Under the pieces are notes generated by a model. It saw only the letters and a program-made list of their open reading frames with translations. It did not search any database and was not told the DNA's origin. This document shows positions 51,459-64,000 of a stretch of DNA of 64,000 bases, in pieces (within the stretch, counting starts at the first letter, position 1; each line of letters begins with the position of its first letter). The stretch comes from Takakia lepidozioides (lineage: Eukaryota; Plantae; Bryophyta). Where the stretch lies: positions 59,830,001 to 59,894,000 of the forward strand of contig CM060734.1 in assembly GCA_030704615.1 (NCBI GenBank), written 5' to 3'. A program made the position numbers and the translations under genes.

Positions 51459-52845
51459 CAACCAAGGGGGAGAACCGGCAGCTAGTTATATGCTAGGAGA
51501 CCGATTCCGAGGATTTCCGAGTGAAAATTGAAACCTTCGAAAATTTACCGAGTATGTTCACATAGGAAATTGACTATTGCAGTTACCATTAAGGGGAAAC
51601 AACCGGCTCCCCAACCCACTTAGCTTGTTGGTTCTCAGAATGAGGGGCCATTGGCTGGTTCAACTGAAATTATTTCGAGGACGCTGATTCAGAGGGTACT
51701 GTTTTCATTAAATTAGGTGGGCCATGTCAAGATTCATTTACACTTGACATTCTATGTGGCAAGTCATAATTATTGTTAGCCATAACTTTATGACAAGCCA
51801 TAGTCATGGCTAGTGGTAAATATTTTTAATAAGTCTCAAACTTTGTTTTTATTATTATTTTATTTTCCAAACTTGAAGTTTAGGAGTTGCCATATTGCTA
51901 CCTTTTGTTCTCAAAGTTCATATTTTTAAGTGCAGATTTAATGTTATAATCTGGGAGACTACGATGGGGGGAAGGAACGATGGCGGAGCTCCGCTGAAAT
52001 TTTAAAATATTCGTTCTTTCTTAAAGTAAAGACGAAATAGAGCGACCTCTACAGTAATGCCCCTTTATGCAACTCTTGTCATAGCTCCAGCTTGTTAGGG
52101 CAATATGTTACCCCTTCTATCCATCTCATAGCTCCAGCTCCAATCCAAGTCCTTCAAATGCAAGCTGCGAAACAAGTACACCTGCCCAGCAACCTGCCCA
52201 GCATTAGCCACACACAAAGCAATAGAAAAAAAAAAAAAAAAAAAAACTTGCCAAACAATTCCTAGAAATGAAAGAAATTAACAAAGCTCTACTCTAGTCT
52301 GATCTTTTCCAAGCTAAAATCAACATGAACATGCAAACCAATGTGTTCCAGCAAAAACAAGGACCAACTAAGACCAACTTACACAATTCGATGTGCCGGG
52401 TGATCTCACCCCCTCATCATGCACAGGCCCGAGATCAGGGTATTACCAACATGGTAAACAGCGGATGGGGGGAGATATCCGGTTACTAATCTCATGGCGG
52501 ATATCGGCCATTACATCAGGGTATAGAATGTTTTTCTCACATTTTCATATCCGTCCGGACACCTTCATATCTGGGTTCAATGATACGTCAGCTTTTGGTC
52601 GCATGAAAGAGGCTGTTGGTGGCAGCGTCCAGGAAATAATTTCAATTGAACCAGCCAATGGCCCCTCATTCTGAGAACCAACCGGCTAAGTGGGTTGGGG
52701 AGTGGGTTGCTTCCCCTTAATGGTAACTGCAATAGTCAATTTCCTATGTGAACATACTCGATAAATTTCCGAAGGTTTCAATTTTCACTCGGAAATCCTC
52801 CGAATCAGTCGCATGTAACTAGCTGCCGGTTCTCCCCGTTGGTTG
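51459..52845. mobile_element. Non-autonomous element with ~215-bp terminal inverted repeats (MULE/foldback-like)
   Basis: 51459-51677 is a near-perfect reverse complement of 52633-52845. The interior is non-coding with an A21 run at 52226-52246. No TSD was found. Confidence 0.8.
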
Positions 52846-54156
52846 GTTGGTGGACCAGGTTGGTGCTCGGAATCTGCAATCGTAAACAAGTTGACCACAA
52901 ACCACAATCGACTTGTAGTGTCTGAACAGTCCGCCCGTTCCTACGAGGATATGATTGAGTCCGCTTGTACCTGCCTTTCTCGTGACTAATGAGGCTATGA
53001 TGCGCATGGTGGACGACATGCCACGGACGAGTCGAGGAGCTTCTTAAAGACCTAACCTAATTTTTCTGTCTGTACCGTGCCATTAAAAACCGTACGCCGG
53101 CCAGAATCTCCGTTGACAAAGATAGTACAGAATCTCAGTTGAGATGGTCGGCGGCCATTACGCGCGGCGTGCAGCGTATGGTCGTGACTCGTAAGGTCCC
53201 GCCCAGATTTCTTTTCCATTTTGTTTGCCCTTTCTTGGATGTCGCGACGTGGCAGCTCAATACTTGCCTAGGGAAAAGACTTAGGTTTGGTCTGTCCGCG
53301 GAAAGGGGGCATTCTCTTCTCTTCTTGCATCATCGTGCGTAAGGTGCTCGAGGAACAAGTGTGGAGAAAGGCGCGTGCGTGAGAAGTCAGAACGCGCTTC
53401 GCTGCAGCCTGCACGTGAAGAATGAACGTGTGATGAGTTTAGGGCCCAATATTCTATGACATATTCTATTTCGATGTCATATAAATTCGGTGTAGAGGCG
53501 TATAGCGTCACAATGGAATACAGCCAAGTGCGTTGGAGATGTAATTTCGAGCAGAAAATTTAGCCTTCAATACGGAGAGCATGACATAATATTAATACAA
53601 GTCGGCATAAAACCTGGTCCGTTCGTCGGCAGTCTTTAGAACGCATGTAATAAGCAAGGGGACTAAATCCTTCCATCTCCTTGTCTGCAGTCTGCACGTA
53701 GACCTGGCCCCACTCCTCCCGCACCTTGAAATCACCCACCCTACTCGAACCCTCGATCCTCCTGCACCCTCTGGTCCTTGCCTGAGCTCCCACTTTGGGC
53801 TATACCTTGCGAAAATCACCTCCGCTCTAGAACCTTCCCTAGCATTCCTTGGCATGGATTCCATGTGGCCCCGCATGCTATAGCCACTTTCAAGGGGCAT
53901 GCAATAGCTATGTGGGCCCAATGCAAATAGCCACGCTAGTTGAGGTGAATCAGCTTGCTAGATGTTGCATGCAATAGCCATGTGCGCCCCATATGCAATA
54001 GCCACTTTGAAGGGGCATGCAATGGCCATGTGGGCCCAATGCCCGCTGCCACTTTTATTCGGACAGCCGCTTAAGCGTCGGCTCGCCTCTAGCTGATTTG
54101 ACCTTTCGGGCGTTTGGGGTACATATTAGGGCCCAATACTTCCTGTGAGGATTTAA

Positions 54157-54305
54157 TGCAGACCCGTGGAAGGCCTACTCATCATAACTGCTGCTGCCTC
54201 GCTTCCCATGCCGGGGCAGGCGCTGAATGGCCGGGTGCTTGTCGGAATGCAGACCCGTGGAAGGCCTAGTCATCATAACTGCTGCTGCCTTGCTTCCCAT
54301 GCCGG
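54157..54305. repeat. ~58-bp direct repeat (2 copies)
   Basis: atgcagacccgtggaaggccta.tcatcataactgctgctgcct.gcttcccatgccgg at ~54157 and ~54247. Confidence 0.85.
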
Positions 54306-56059
54306 CGCTGAGTTTTATGTGGCCTGGTTGGGTAGTGGGGCCCCACATAGGCGTTCGCTGGTTCGCCCTTGGTTAAGGGCCTTACCACACGAGCGGCAGT
54401 GGAAGTCCCGGCAACCTGCTTAAGGCCCGTTGATTGGTTGATGGATCGTCAAACTGACACCCTCACTTACCACACGGGAGGAACGCCATCGAGAAGGCAA
54501 TGTGACGTGGTGCTTATGTGGAGCCTTTCCGTGAAAATAAGATTTCCAGGACTATTGCCTTAAATCCGACATGTTAGGGAGCTTCTTCTGTGCGATATGC
54601 TCCTTCTCCTTGTGGAGCTCATATAGGAACTTCCATGTCACTCAAGCTCACTGCCGCTCGTGTGCTAAGGCCTAAGTGCAGAGTGTCCCCTTGGATCCTA
54701 CGTAGCTACAGGTATATAAAATATTCAACGTGGTGATTTTTTTAAGAATATTTTTGCAATATGGCGATTTCTTGAAAATGTCAAGGATATTTTCCAGGCC
54801 ACACAGTCATTTTATTTTATTTTTTTAAGGGAAATACCTGGGAACGACAGCTCATAAATCGGGCGAAAAAATCCCCATTCCACTATAGTGGGACGAAAAA
54901 ATAACCTTTTTCAGAGTAACCCCGCTGTGAAGGCTTTTGCATGGGACACCGCCGAAGGGAAGGGGGAGAAGAACATTCCACAGCCAATTTATCTTGCCGC
55001 AATGGGGGCGGCAGCCCTTGCATATAAGTTAGGGCGCACTACTCCCCACTTGGGGTCCTGGTGCTTTCTGGCACCAGCTGCCCAGGAAACCGCCACTGGG
55101 TGGCGAAGTTTTTTATTTTTTGCATACGGGTGTCGCGGGTCAATTTTTTTCACGTAAAAAGGTAGGGGTGACCGTACTGGCATGCGTCAAACACTTGGAT
55201 TTTGGAATTTTTGGCTTAGGAATTTAAAACTACCTTCATGCAGGTTGTTATAGGACGTCCTGCATGAAGGTAATTATAAAAACATAAAGAACTACTTAAC
55301 ATGTAAATAGTGACAAACTACCTCCATCGAGATAAGTCATGATCAGCACTAACCAACACTAACTAGCATTTAACCCGTAACCTTCCGGATATCACACCTA
55401 TTTCCTACGCCAAGCATTAGATGGGGTAGTTGAATGCGAGGGGCCCGGTTCCGCCAGCGTGGACCCCCCCCCACCCATGCCCACCCCCCGCTCCAACGCC
55501 TGCACACCGCGGGGCTGGTGCCGCGCGGCGCTCCCTCCCGCGCCTCATGTTCCCGCTTCCAGGACATGAGCCATCCCTCCTCCCATCCTGCCCTCATGCA
55601 TGGCATCGCCCTCCATCCCCCCTGCATGCCTTCATCTTCCCCATGCTACATGGCATCCCGAGCATACATCATGCCCTCTTTCAAAAATCATTCTGACATC
55701 TATTCAAATTTCAAATGGCAAATCTGAAGAAAGAATGGACGTTGGGATATATGCCATATCGTCACATACACTCCAACGTTAATTCAAGGTTCTGCTACCC
55801 TCATCGTGCATTTCCTTGTACAATAGTTCTCTCCATGCCTTCCAAACGCGTCCCCACCTTGGCACTTTGCGTTCACCTTCCATATTGAATTGTGTTTGTA
55901 TAATGTTGCCCACATGAACATGTTGCGTTGCATTGCATTGTAAGTTGCAATCGTGTGGATGTCTGGCCCACATGAAGAAGTTTGTGCTTGCATAGGGTCC
56001 GATGCATGAATTTCCATTGCAGCTATACATGCCCACAATCTGCCAGCACCATGTGGTTG

Positions 56060-58197
56060 AATCTATGGCTGCCCAGGGGCCCACTCGTGGTTTTCACAGA
56101 GAAGTCCAAGATCACCAGACTTCAGACATAAGTGCGCAAAGGAGGCACGTTGGATAGCAGGTTGGTTGAACCCTCCTTGGGTGAAAGCAGAACTAGCTGC
56201 CATGATACAAGGTCTAGCACAGTGTGGTGATGCAAGGACACTATGTATGGCAGGGCGCATGAAAGACGCGGTGCACATTTTGAACCGGCCAAGATATTTT
56301 GGCAGACTCCGACACTTACGTCCGTCTCTTGCAGGAGTGCATCAACATGCAAGGCCTAGAAGAAGGAAAGCAGGTGCATGCCCACATTATCCGAACTGGG
56401 TTCAAGCCACAAGTCTTCTTACTTAACACCCTTATGAACATGTACGCCAAGTGCAGGAGTGTGCTGGATGCACGGCAAGTGTTTGCCAACATGCCTAAAC
56501 GAGTGATATTTACCTGGAATATAATGATAGCAGGATATGCCAATTATGGGTGCGGGAGGTAGGCAATTGAGATGTATGAGCAAATGATGCAGGAAGGGAC
56601 AACACCCAATAAGGTGACATTCATATGCATTGGCAAAGCATGTGCCTGTCTAGCATCCCTGGAGAAGGGCAAAGGGGTCCATGCCGACATTATCAGAGCT
56701 GGGATTGCACCAGATGTGATTTTGGAGACTACCCTTGTTGACATGTATGCTGAATGTGGGAGCATGTAGTATGCGCGTCAAGTGTTCGATAATTATACTC
56801 ATCATAGGTATTGTATGGAGATTTTGAGATGTATGAGCAAATGATACAGGAAGAGGTGACTCCGGACAAAATAGCTTTCATTTGCGTTCTCAGGGCGTGT
56901 GGCAGCCTGGCAGCCCTGGAGAAGGGCAAAGAGGTTCATGCTAACATTATCAAATGTGGAATTCCACCGGATATCATCTTGGAGACTGCCCTCACAAACA
57001 TGTACGCCAAATGTGGGAACATGAAGGATGCGCTTGAAGTGTTTGACAACATCGCTGAGTGTGATGCTGTGTCATGGAGCGTTATGATTGCAGGATATGC
57101 TTAGAATCACTGTGGTAGGGAGGATTTTGGCATCTATGACCACATGATCAAGGAAGGCGTGGCACCAAACAAGTCACATATATCTTCTCAATGCTTGTGC
57201 CAGCCTTGCAAGCCTAGAAAAGGGCAAAGAACTGCATGATGAGATAATCAAAGTTGGAATCCCAGCAGATGTCATTCTGGACACTGCCCTTGATAAAATT
57301 ATGCAAAATGTGGAGCATGGAGGAGGGAGGCCCTTCAACTATTTGAACAAATGCAAGAGAAAGGGTTGAAGCCAAATAGTGTCACCTTTATTTATGTTCT
57401 CTCTACATGTAGCCATGTAAGCCGAGTGGATGAGGGTTGTCACTACTTTGATTACATGAATCAAGTTCATGGCCTTGCTCCTACAGTGGAGCATTCTGGC
57501 TGCATGGTGGACCTTTTTGCGCGTGCGGGAATATTGGTTGATGTGGAGGAGTTTGTCAACAGAATGCCTATCAAATCAGGTGTTTCAGTGTGGGGGGCCT
57601 TGCTTGGTGCCTGCAGAATTCATAGCAATGTGGAGGTAGCCAAACGTGTGGCAAAATGCCTCCTGCAGTTGAATCCGCAGGAGGCTGTGACTTATGTGCT
57701 GCTATCAAACATCTATGCTGCAGCTAGCAGGTGGGACGATTCAGCAAAAATGAGAAAACTGATGCAGGATAGAGGTTGTGAGAAAAGAACCAGGGCACAG
57801 CTACATTAAGGTGGACAACCGGGTGCACACATTCGTTGAAGAAGTGAATTCGCATTCACAAATTGAGGAAATCCATGCTGAGCTGAAGAGATTGTCTATG
57901 TGCATGAAAGAGGCTGGGTATGTACCTGACACACAGTTTGTATTGCATGATGTGGAGGTGGAGCAAAAAGAAGTTTCTCTTTGTCACCACAATGAGAAGC
58001 TGACGATTGCTTTTGGGCTCATGAGCATCCCCCCCGGGATGCCCATCCGTGTCATCAAAAACCTACGGATGTGTGGTGACTGCCACACCGCTACCAAATT
58101 CATATCAAAGATTATTGGTCGTACAATTGTTGGGCGGGATACCAACCGCTTTCACCACTTCCAAGATGGGGATTGCTCTTGTGTGGATTACTGGTGA
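56060..58197 (+). pseudogene. PDF-PLS-PPR-E-DYW pseudogene (Pack-MULE cargo 1)
   Basis: N-terminal RSPRSPDFRHKCAKEARWIAGWLNPPWVK, then PPR array, E domain (VWGALLGACRIHSN...YVLLSNIYAAASRWDD), PG box and DYW ending CSCVDYW. Stops at 56560, 56767 and 57102, plus frameshifts. Confidence 0.92.
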
Positions 58198-59279
58198 AAA
58201 AAACAGCAAACGTGTTGCCTCAAGCAGGTAATAAACAAGTGTTTCATTGAAAACATCTCAACTGTCCCTGTGAGCTACCCGTATGATCTCTTTGCCACCA
58301 AATACTTTAAAGTGATTCATTCATGGTGAATATTGCCATCCATGTGCAACACTGAAGTGCCATATTTATGGCAGGCCTTATTGCAGAGCACTGTTGATTC
58401 ATCCATGCCAACGATCACAATCATAGACATTATCGAACAGTTGGAGTACCAAACTGACAGGAAGCTTCATTGCAGGGGAGAATGAATCACCAAACAGTTG
58501 AAGTATTGGATTGCAGGGTGTGTTAGTCCATCATGGTGATAGTCACCATCTGTGTACATCTTCAAACAGCTGGAGCACCAAATTCGCGGAAAGTCTTATT
58601 GGGGAAAATATTGATTTATTCATGGTGATGATCACCATCCGCGTACATTAGTCAACAGCTGGAGTACTGAATTCGTGGAAGCCAGGTGTTACCAGCTTCC
58701 ACAGGAAACATGTTATGGAGTTGACAGTTTTACCAAAAAAGGTTGAACAATGGGATCACAAAATCATTGAGGATGCAAACGCACACATTCCTAATTGTTG
58801 AATGTAAAACGTCCTTTCCTTTTTGTTGCCTGCATCTGAAAAAATACCCAGAATTGATAACAGAACCGACATTCTAGTAATATAGTCATGTACCATGTTC
58901 CAATTTGCGTTTGGAAGTTCCATATACCCTCTTCCGCCGGCTGCCCGAACCGTTCCTATTCAAGTGCCACCCAATCAAGTGACAAGGACACGTGTGCAGC
59001 CCCATCCCTTCCTACACAACACGTGTACACTTTGGGATGATCATGCTATGAATGAAAACACATACAGAAAGTATGAGTGCATATGTGCATATAGACTAAG
59101 TGCCTGTACAAGGGAATGATTCCATTAGTCATGAATGGTATCATGAAACCATAAGAGTGTAATACCATTCCCATCCCGAATGGGAGGAATGCATGCATGC
59201 AAGGTTTGAGATGGAAGTTGGACCCACTTTGAAGAAAATATGGATATGCACTCTGTTGCATTCATGAAATTTCTAGGGC

Positions 59280-61692
59280 GTCCTAGGGGTCGTGCTGATG
59301 AGCCCAATACCAATGGCCAGCTTCTCACTCTGGTGATAGAGAGAAAATTCCTTTTGCTCCTCCACCACATCATGCAGTACAAAGTGAGTGTCAGGCACAT
59401 ACCTCGCCTCCTTCACCTGCCCAGACAATCTTCTCAGCTAAGCATGGATTTCCTTAATTTTGGGATGCAGTTTGTCATCTACAACAAAGGTGTGCACCCT
59501 GTTGCCAACCTCAATGCAGCAATGACTTGGCTCCTTCCTAACCCCTCTGACCTTCATCATTTTTCTCACCTTTGCACTATCATCCCCGCCTCCTTCATCT
59601 GCCTAAACAATCTCTCAGCTAAGCATGGATTTCCTTAATTCTGGGATGCAGTTTGCCATCTACAACAAAGATGTGCGCCCTGTTGCCAACCTCAATGCAG
59701 CAGCGACCTGGCTCCTTCCTAACCCCTCTAACCTTCATCATTTTTCTCACCTTTGCACTATCATCCCACCTGCTAGCTGCTGCATAGATGTTTGATAGCA
59801 ACACATAAGTCGCGGCATCTTATTCATCCCACTTGAGAATAGATGTTGCAGCACGTTCAGCCATCTCCACATTGCCATGGATTCTGCAGGCACCAAGCAA
59901 GGCCCTCCAAACCATAGCATTTGGTTTCATTGGCATTTTGTTAATGAGCTCCTCTGCCTCATCCAATTCCCTATATGTCCAAGAAGGTCCACCATGCAGC
60001 CAAAGTGCTTTACTGTCGGAGAGATACCATGATCTTGACTCAGGGAATCAAAGTAGCGTCTTCCTTCATCCAGTAGGCCAGTGTGGCTGCATGTAGAGAG
60101 AACACATATAAAGGTGATACTGTCCAGCTTCAAGCCTTCCGTTTGCATTCCTTCAAATAGTTGCAGGGCTTCCCTATGACAACCATGCTGGGCATATCCT
60201 GCAATCATAGCATTCCAGGACGCCACATCTCGTTTGACCATATTGTTGAACACTCACTTTGCATCCTCCATGCTCCCACATTTGGCATACATGTCCATGA
60301 GGGCATTGTTCAGAGTGACATTTGGTACAATACCAGCTCTGACGATGTCACCATGGACCTCTTTGTCCTTTTCCAAGGCTGGCAGGCTTGCACATGCATT
60401 GCAAAACGTGATGTGGTTGGGCTTCACCTCTTCTTGCATCATTTGCTTATATGTCTGCAAAGCCTCAGTCCGTGCGCCCCTGCTGTGCATATCCTGCAAT
60501 CATTGCATTCCACGACACCACCTCACGTTCAGATATAGTGTCGAACACTCCATTTGAATCTTCAATGCTCCCACATTTGGCATACATGTCGAGAGCTGCC
60601 AAGCTTGCACATGCTTGCAAACACAAACAAACATGATGCGGTCAGACTTCACCCCTTCCCACATCATCTGCTCAAAGGCCTCCAAAGCCTCCATCCCGCG
60701 TCCTTGCATATCCTGCAATCATCGTGTTCCATGACACCACATTTTGTTCAGCCATATTGTCGAACAACCCCTGTGCATCTTCAATGCTCCCACATTTGGC
60801 ATACATGTCCACCAGGGCAGTGTTCAGAATGATGTCTGGTACTATTCCAGCTTTGACGATATCACCATGGACCTCTTTGCCCTTTTCCAAGGCTTCCAGG
60901 CTCGCACACGCATTGCAAACGCAAACAAACGTGATATGGTTGGGCTTCACCCCTCCGTGCATCATTTGCTCATAGGTCTCCAAAGCCTCCATCCCACACC
61001 CGTGCTGTGCAAATCCTGCGATCATCGCGTTCCATGACACCACATTTCGTTTAGCCATGCTGTCAAACACTCCCTCTGCATCTTCAATACTCCCACATTT
61101 GGCATACATATCCAGCAAGGCAGTGTTCAGAATGACATCTGGTACCATTCCAGATCTGACAATGTCACCATGGACCTCTTTGCCCTTTTCCAAGGCTGCC
61201 AGGCTCGCACACGCATTGCAAACGCAAGCAAACATGATGTGGTTGGGCTTCACCTCTTCCTCCATCATTTGGTCATATGTCTCCAAAGCCTCGATACCAC
61301 GCCCCTGCTCTGCATATCCATATCCTACGATCAGTCTGATGAGAGGGCAAATCAGGCTGAAATAGATTGAACAAGAAGGTTCTCTCACCACATTGTCCGT
61401 GACTTTGTGTCATGACTGATAGAGGATTCAACCGACCATCAACCCAAAAGGACCTCTTGTATATGCTGCTTGTGTCCATGGTGGGGTAGTGTCCGATTGG
61501 TCTGTAAGAACCACCACGGTGCAGCTGAGCAGCCATAGATTGAAACACGAGCCAAACTTCTTCACCTGATACATTAAGAGAAAGCCACACCTTGCGATTA
61601 AGGTTGTCCCACCATCGTGAAGGATTTCTAAAGAACTCAGCTCCGTGCTCCACGGTAGACTTTTGTGCCCGAAAATCCGGCAACATCAACAT
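59280..61692 (-). pseudogene. PDF-PLS-PPR-E-(truncated DYW) pseudogene (Pack-MULE cargo 2)
   Basis: FFRNPSRWWDNLNRK and FWVDGRLNP..V at the N-terminus, a long PPR array at 59927-61330 and an E domain. The E+ region is tandemly duplicated (~59405-59586 and 59587-59767). DYW is truncated after YHQSEKLAIG. Confidence 0.9.
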
Positions 61693-62757
61693 TTTGCCAA
61701 GTTCTTTTACGGAGGGGTGTTAGTGAGCTTTCAACAACATTCATGTTGGTTGCTTTGGGCTCTATTGGATTCTCCACAACGAGGACATACGAACATGTCC
61801 AAATGTACACAGATGTTAAACCAGCTTATGTCTGAAGTGTGGAGATTTTGGAGTGGTCTCTAAAAACGAGCAGGAGTAGCTGAGCAACGCCAGTCTTTGG
61901 GGACACGATTATTGAAAGATGGCACGATGTATACTTGGGATGCCATGTAACATGGGGAGGATGAAGGCATGCAGGGGGGATGGAGGGCGATGCCATGCAT
62001 GAGGGCATGATGGGAGGAGGGATGGGGATGCGGGAAAGGGCACGTCTCATGTCCTGGCAGCGGGAACATGAGGCGCGGGAGGGCGTGCCGCACGGCTGCT
62101 GCCGCGCGGTGTGCAGGCATTGGAGCGGGGGGTGGGCGTGGGGTGGGGGGTTCCACGCTGGCGGAATCGGGCCCCTCGCATTCAACTCCAAGGCCCATCT
62201 AATGCTTGGCATTTCCTACCACCAAGATACATCCTCAAAACTTGACAGACATCATTTTGACTATATAACAAAACCAAACAATGGGGAGGGTAGATTTAGT
62301 GAGGACGGCTGACAAGGATAGACAAAAATCAGAGGCCATGCGCGCCTACCAGCGGTGTTTTGTTTGGTCGGTGGCCTACCTGTTTTGTGATAGGTTAATT
62401 TTTCTCTTACTTTCATTGTGACGGACAACTTTGAGAAAATGCCTTTCACATGACATGCTGACAAATTTTTGACCTTTCATATCCATATCATATCATATAG
62501 AATTAAAAATCAAAATCTACTATGTACCCCCAATTCATTGGCTAGTTTGGGAAGGTCAGGCAACCCAAAACTCTGGAAAGAGCCAATGAGTGCGGCCGCG
62601 GGAGGCTTGGAGAGGGGCTACTTTTACAAAGGAATCATGGGAGTAAAAGTCAAAAAATTCGCCAGCAAGCGCCAATGGTTAAATATCAGGAGCCAAATTT
62701 TTCCTACGTAGACCTGTTAAAACGTGACACCTGTTAAACAGACTCTTTTCTAACTAT

Positions 62758-64000
62758 GCCACCTTGTTATTCTCCCCAGTGGCCACATGGGCGCTAGGTA
62801 GAATCCAGCGTTGGAATCCAACAGTAAGTAGCTCAGTTGGGAAAGTGCATTGAGTGCCATCCGGATGACCTTGGGGTCAAATCCTACTACTTGACGATGC
62901 CGTCTCCCTTCTGCTTGTGCTTTCATGATGAGTTTCAATGTTCTCTGCAGCTCCACTCTAGAAGAATCTGTCATGATCGACACCGATCATCACCGATTCG
63001 TGATAAAAATGATTGTTTTATGCCTGAGTTCTGAATAGCCGATGTACACACTTCCATTATAGATTGTGTTTACCACACTAACCTGCTATCTTTGGCAGAC
63101 GAGGATGTTCGAGGCGATCTGCTTGCGGAGGATTTGCACCTCAAAGACACCATCCTCCATCCGCAGCTTTGAGATTTCTGACCAAGGTTGTTTCGTCAAC
63201 CCCCCCTATAAGCCGCATGTCGATGACATTTTGTACAACTTCATGCAGTCCAGTCAGACTCTGAAGAGACCAGATGGCACTCCCTAGAGAGGTGCAAAGG
63301 AAAAATCCCCAGCGCTCATGCAAATACTGATGGAGTCATGCAGCCACCACTCTGCACGGGTGGTCGATCTTTCTGTGTCCACAGGTTCGTTCTCTCCCTT
63401 CCGAATTGATTTTCTTTCACCAATTCCATCTGCTTAAATCCCCCCCCACCAAACTGTTCATGTCCTCATGTCTGGTTTAGGAGCAACTTACCATGCATGC
63501 AAGGCAGGCGGAAGAAGCCTTTTTGGCATGGAGGGTGATTCTGACCTCTACAAAACAGTGCTCCTCCCCCTTTTGTCTGGCTCCACTTCAGGCACACAGA
63601 CTGATCGGATTCAAATTCGAAATGATGACGATCCCGAAGATAAGCAGGTAGACAACGACTTTTCATGTGAGTAAGTGCTAAACCCACTTTGGGAGCCATA
63701 CTCAATTTCTCAATAACATCAAAGTTACAGTAATAACTTTTTCAGGTTGTCTTTCAGGAAAGGCAGCGGTGGATCTTCAGAAGATACAATCATTTGTGGC
63801 GAGTCTGTTTTCGACAGCCCCCTTTCCAATTTTCTGCTTCCTGATTATGTCGAAGCAATGGCACTTCACGCGGCCGAGTCCCTATCCCCTGACTTTTTAC
63901 TGCCCGGCCGTAGGTGTAGCAAGCGTAGATCCGGAGTTCTTAAATACTTCGACTTGGATGCAGAGGAAGCGGGGATACATTGTACTGACTCTGAGTCAGA
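62758..64000 (+). pseudogene. N4C/N6A MTase-like gene, paralogue C (5'-truncated, decayed; runs off window end)
   Basis: Degraded CHLVI-LPSGHM...HRFVIKMIVLC segment. Exon 63099-63384 reads TRMFEA...DGTP*RGAKEKSPALMQILMESCSHHSARVVDLSVST (TAG at 63285). Intron 63385-63480 is at the same position as in paralogue A. Then GATYHACKAGGRSLFGMEGD, and a last exon from ~63758 (SPLSNFLLPDYVEAMA). Confidence 0.75.

Larger units (their letters stand above)
55409..62210. mobile_element. Pack-MULE (6.8 kb) carrying two convergent PPR-DYW genes
   Basis: ~280-bp GC-rich TIRs (55409-~55685 vs ~61913-62210, termini GCCAAGCATTAG...CTAATGCTTGGC). Perfect 9-bp TSD ATTTCCTAC at 55400-55408 and 62211-62219. No transposase inside. 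Confidence 0.93.

Noticed and set aside
55370-55782. Pro/His-rich ORFs here and at 61826-62312
   Set aside because: They lie within the GC-rich TIRs of the Pack-MULE.
63198-63209. NPPY tetrapeptide as the catalytic motif IV of paralogue C
   Set aside because: It aligns to DSDF in the central gene. The true motif-IV position (DLVIVDIPDG) is further upstream and degraded in this copy, so the match is likely coincidental.

Overview
Repeat-rich nuclear DNA from a land plant, probably a non-seed plant. That assignment is inferred from spliceosomal introns, many PLS-DYW PPR genes and the Ty3 lineages present. Only one clearly intact host gene is visible: a 4-exon cis-prenyltransferase at 46195-49183 (-). 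The rest is nested mobile DNA. (1) A Ty3/gypsy pol on the - strand is split inside RT by a non-autonomous CACTA element (21678-39509, TTT TSD) that carries PPR and OSB-PDF gene fragments. (2) A young 13.6-kb LTR retrotransposon (23282-36892, ATAGG TSD) with a >1000-aa extra ORF has inserted into that CACTA. (3) A 6.8-kb Pack-MULE (55409-62210, 9-bp TSD) carries two convergent PDF-PPR-DYW pseudogenes. There are also a pogo-like transposase, LINE and copia remnants, foldback elements and minisatellites. The most unusual object is a spliced 6-exon gene (about 14529-19424, -). It encodes an N-terminal ParB/Srx-like domain (GNHRYLA = GxxRxxA) and a C-terminal beta-class N4C/N6A DNA-methyltransferase-like domain. 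Its introns and upstream region hold at least 17 copies of a 22-bp palindrome, GGGAAGTCTG-NN-CAGACTTCCC, reminiscent of parS sites. Two further divergent paralogues of the MTase end, with shared intron positions, lie at the two edges of the window. All domain calls are by-eye motif recognition; no searches were run.
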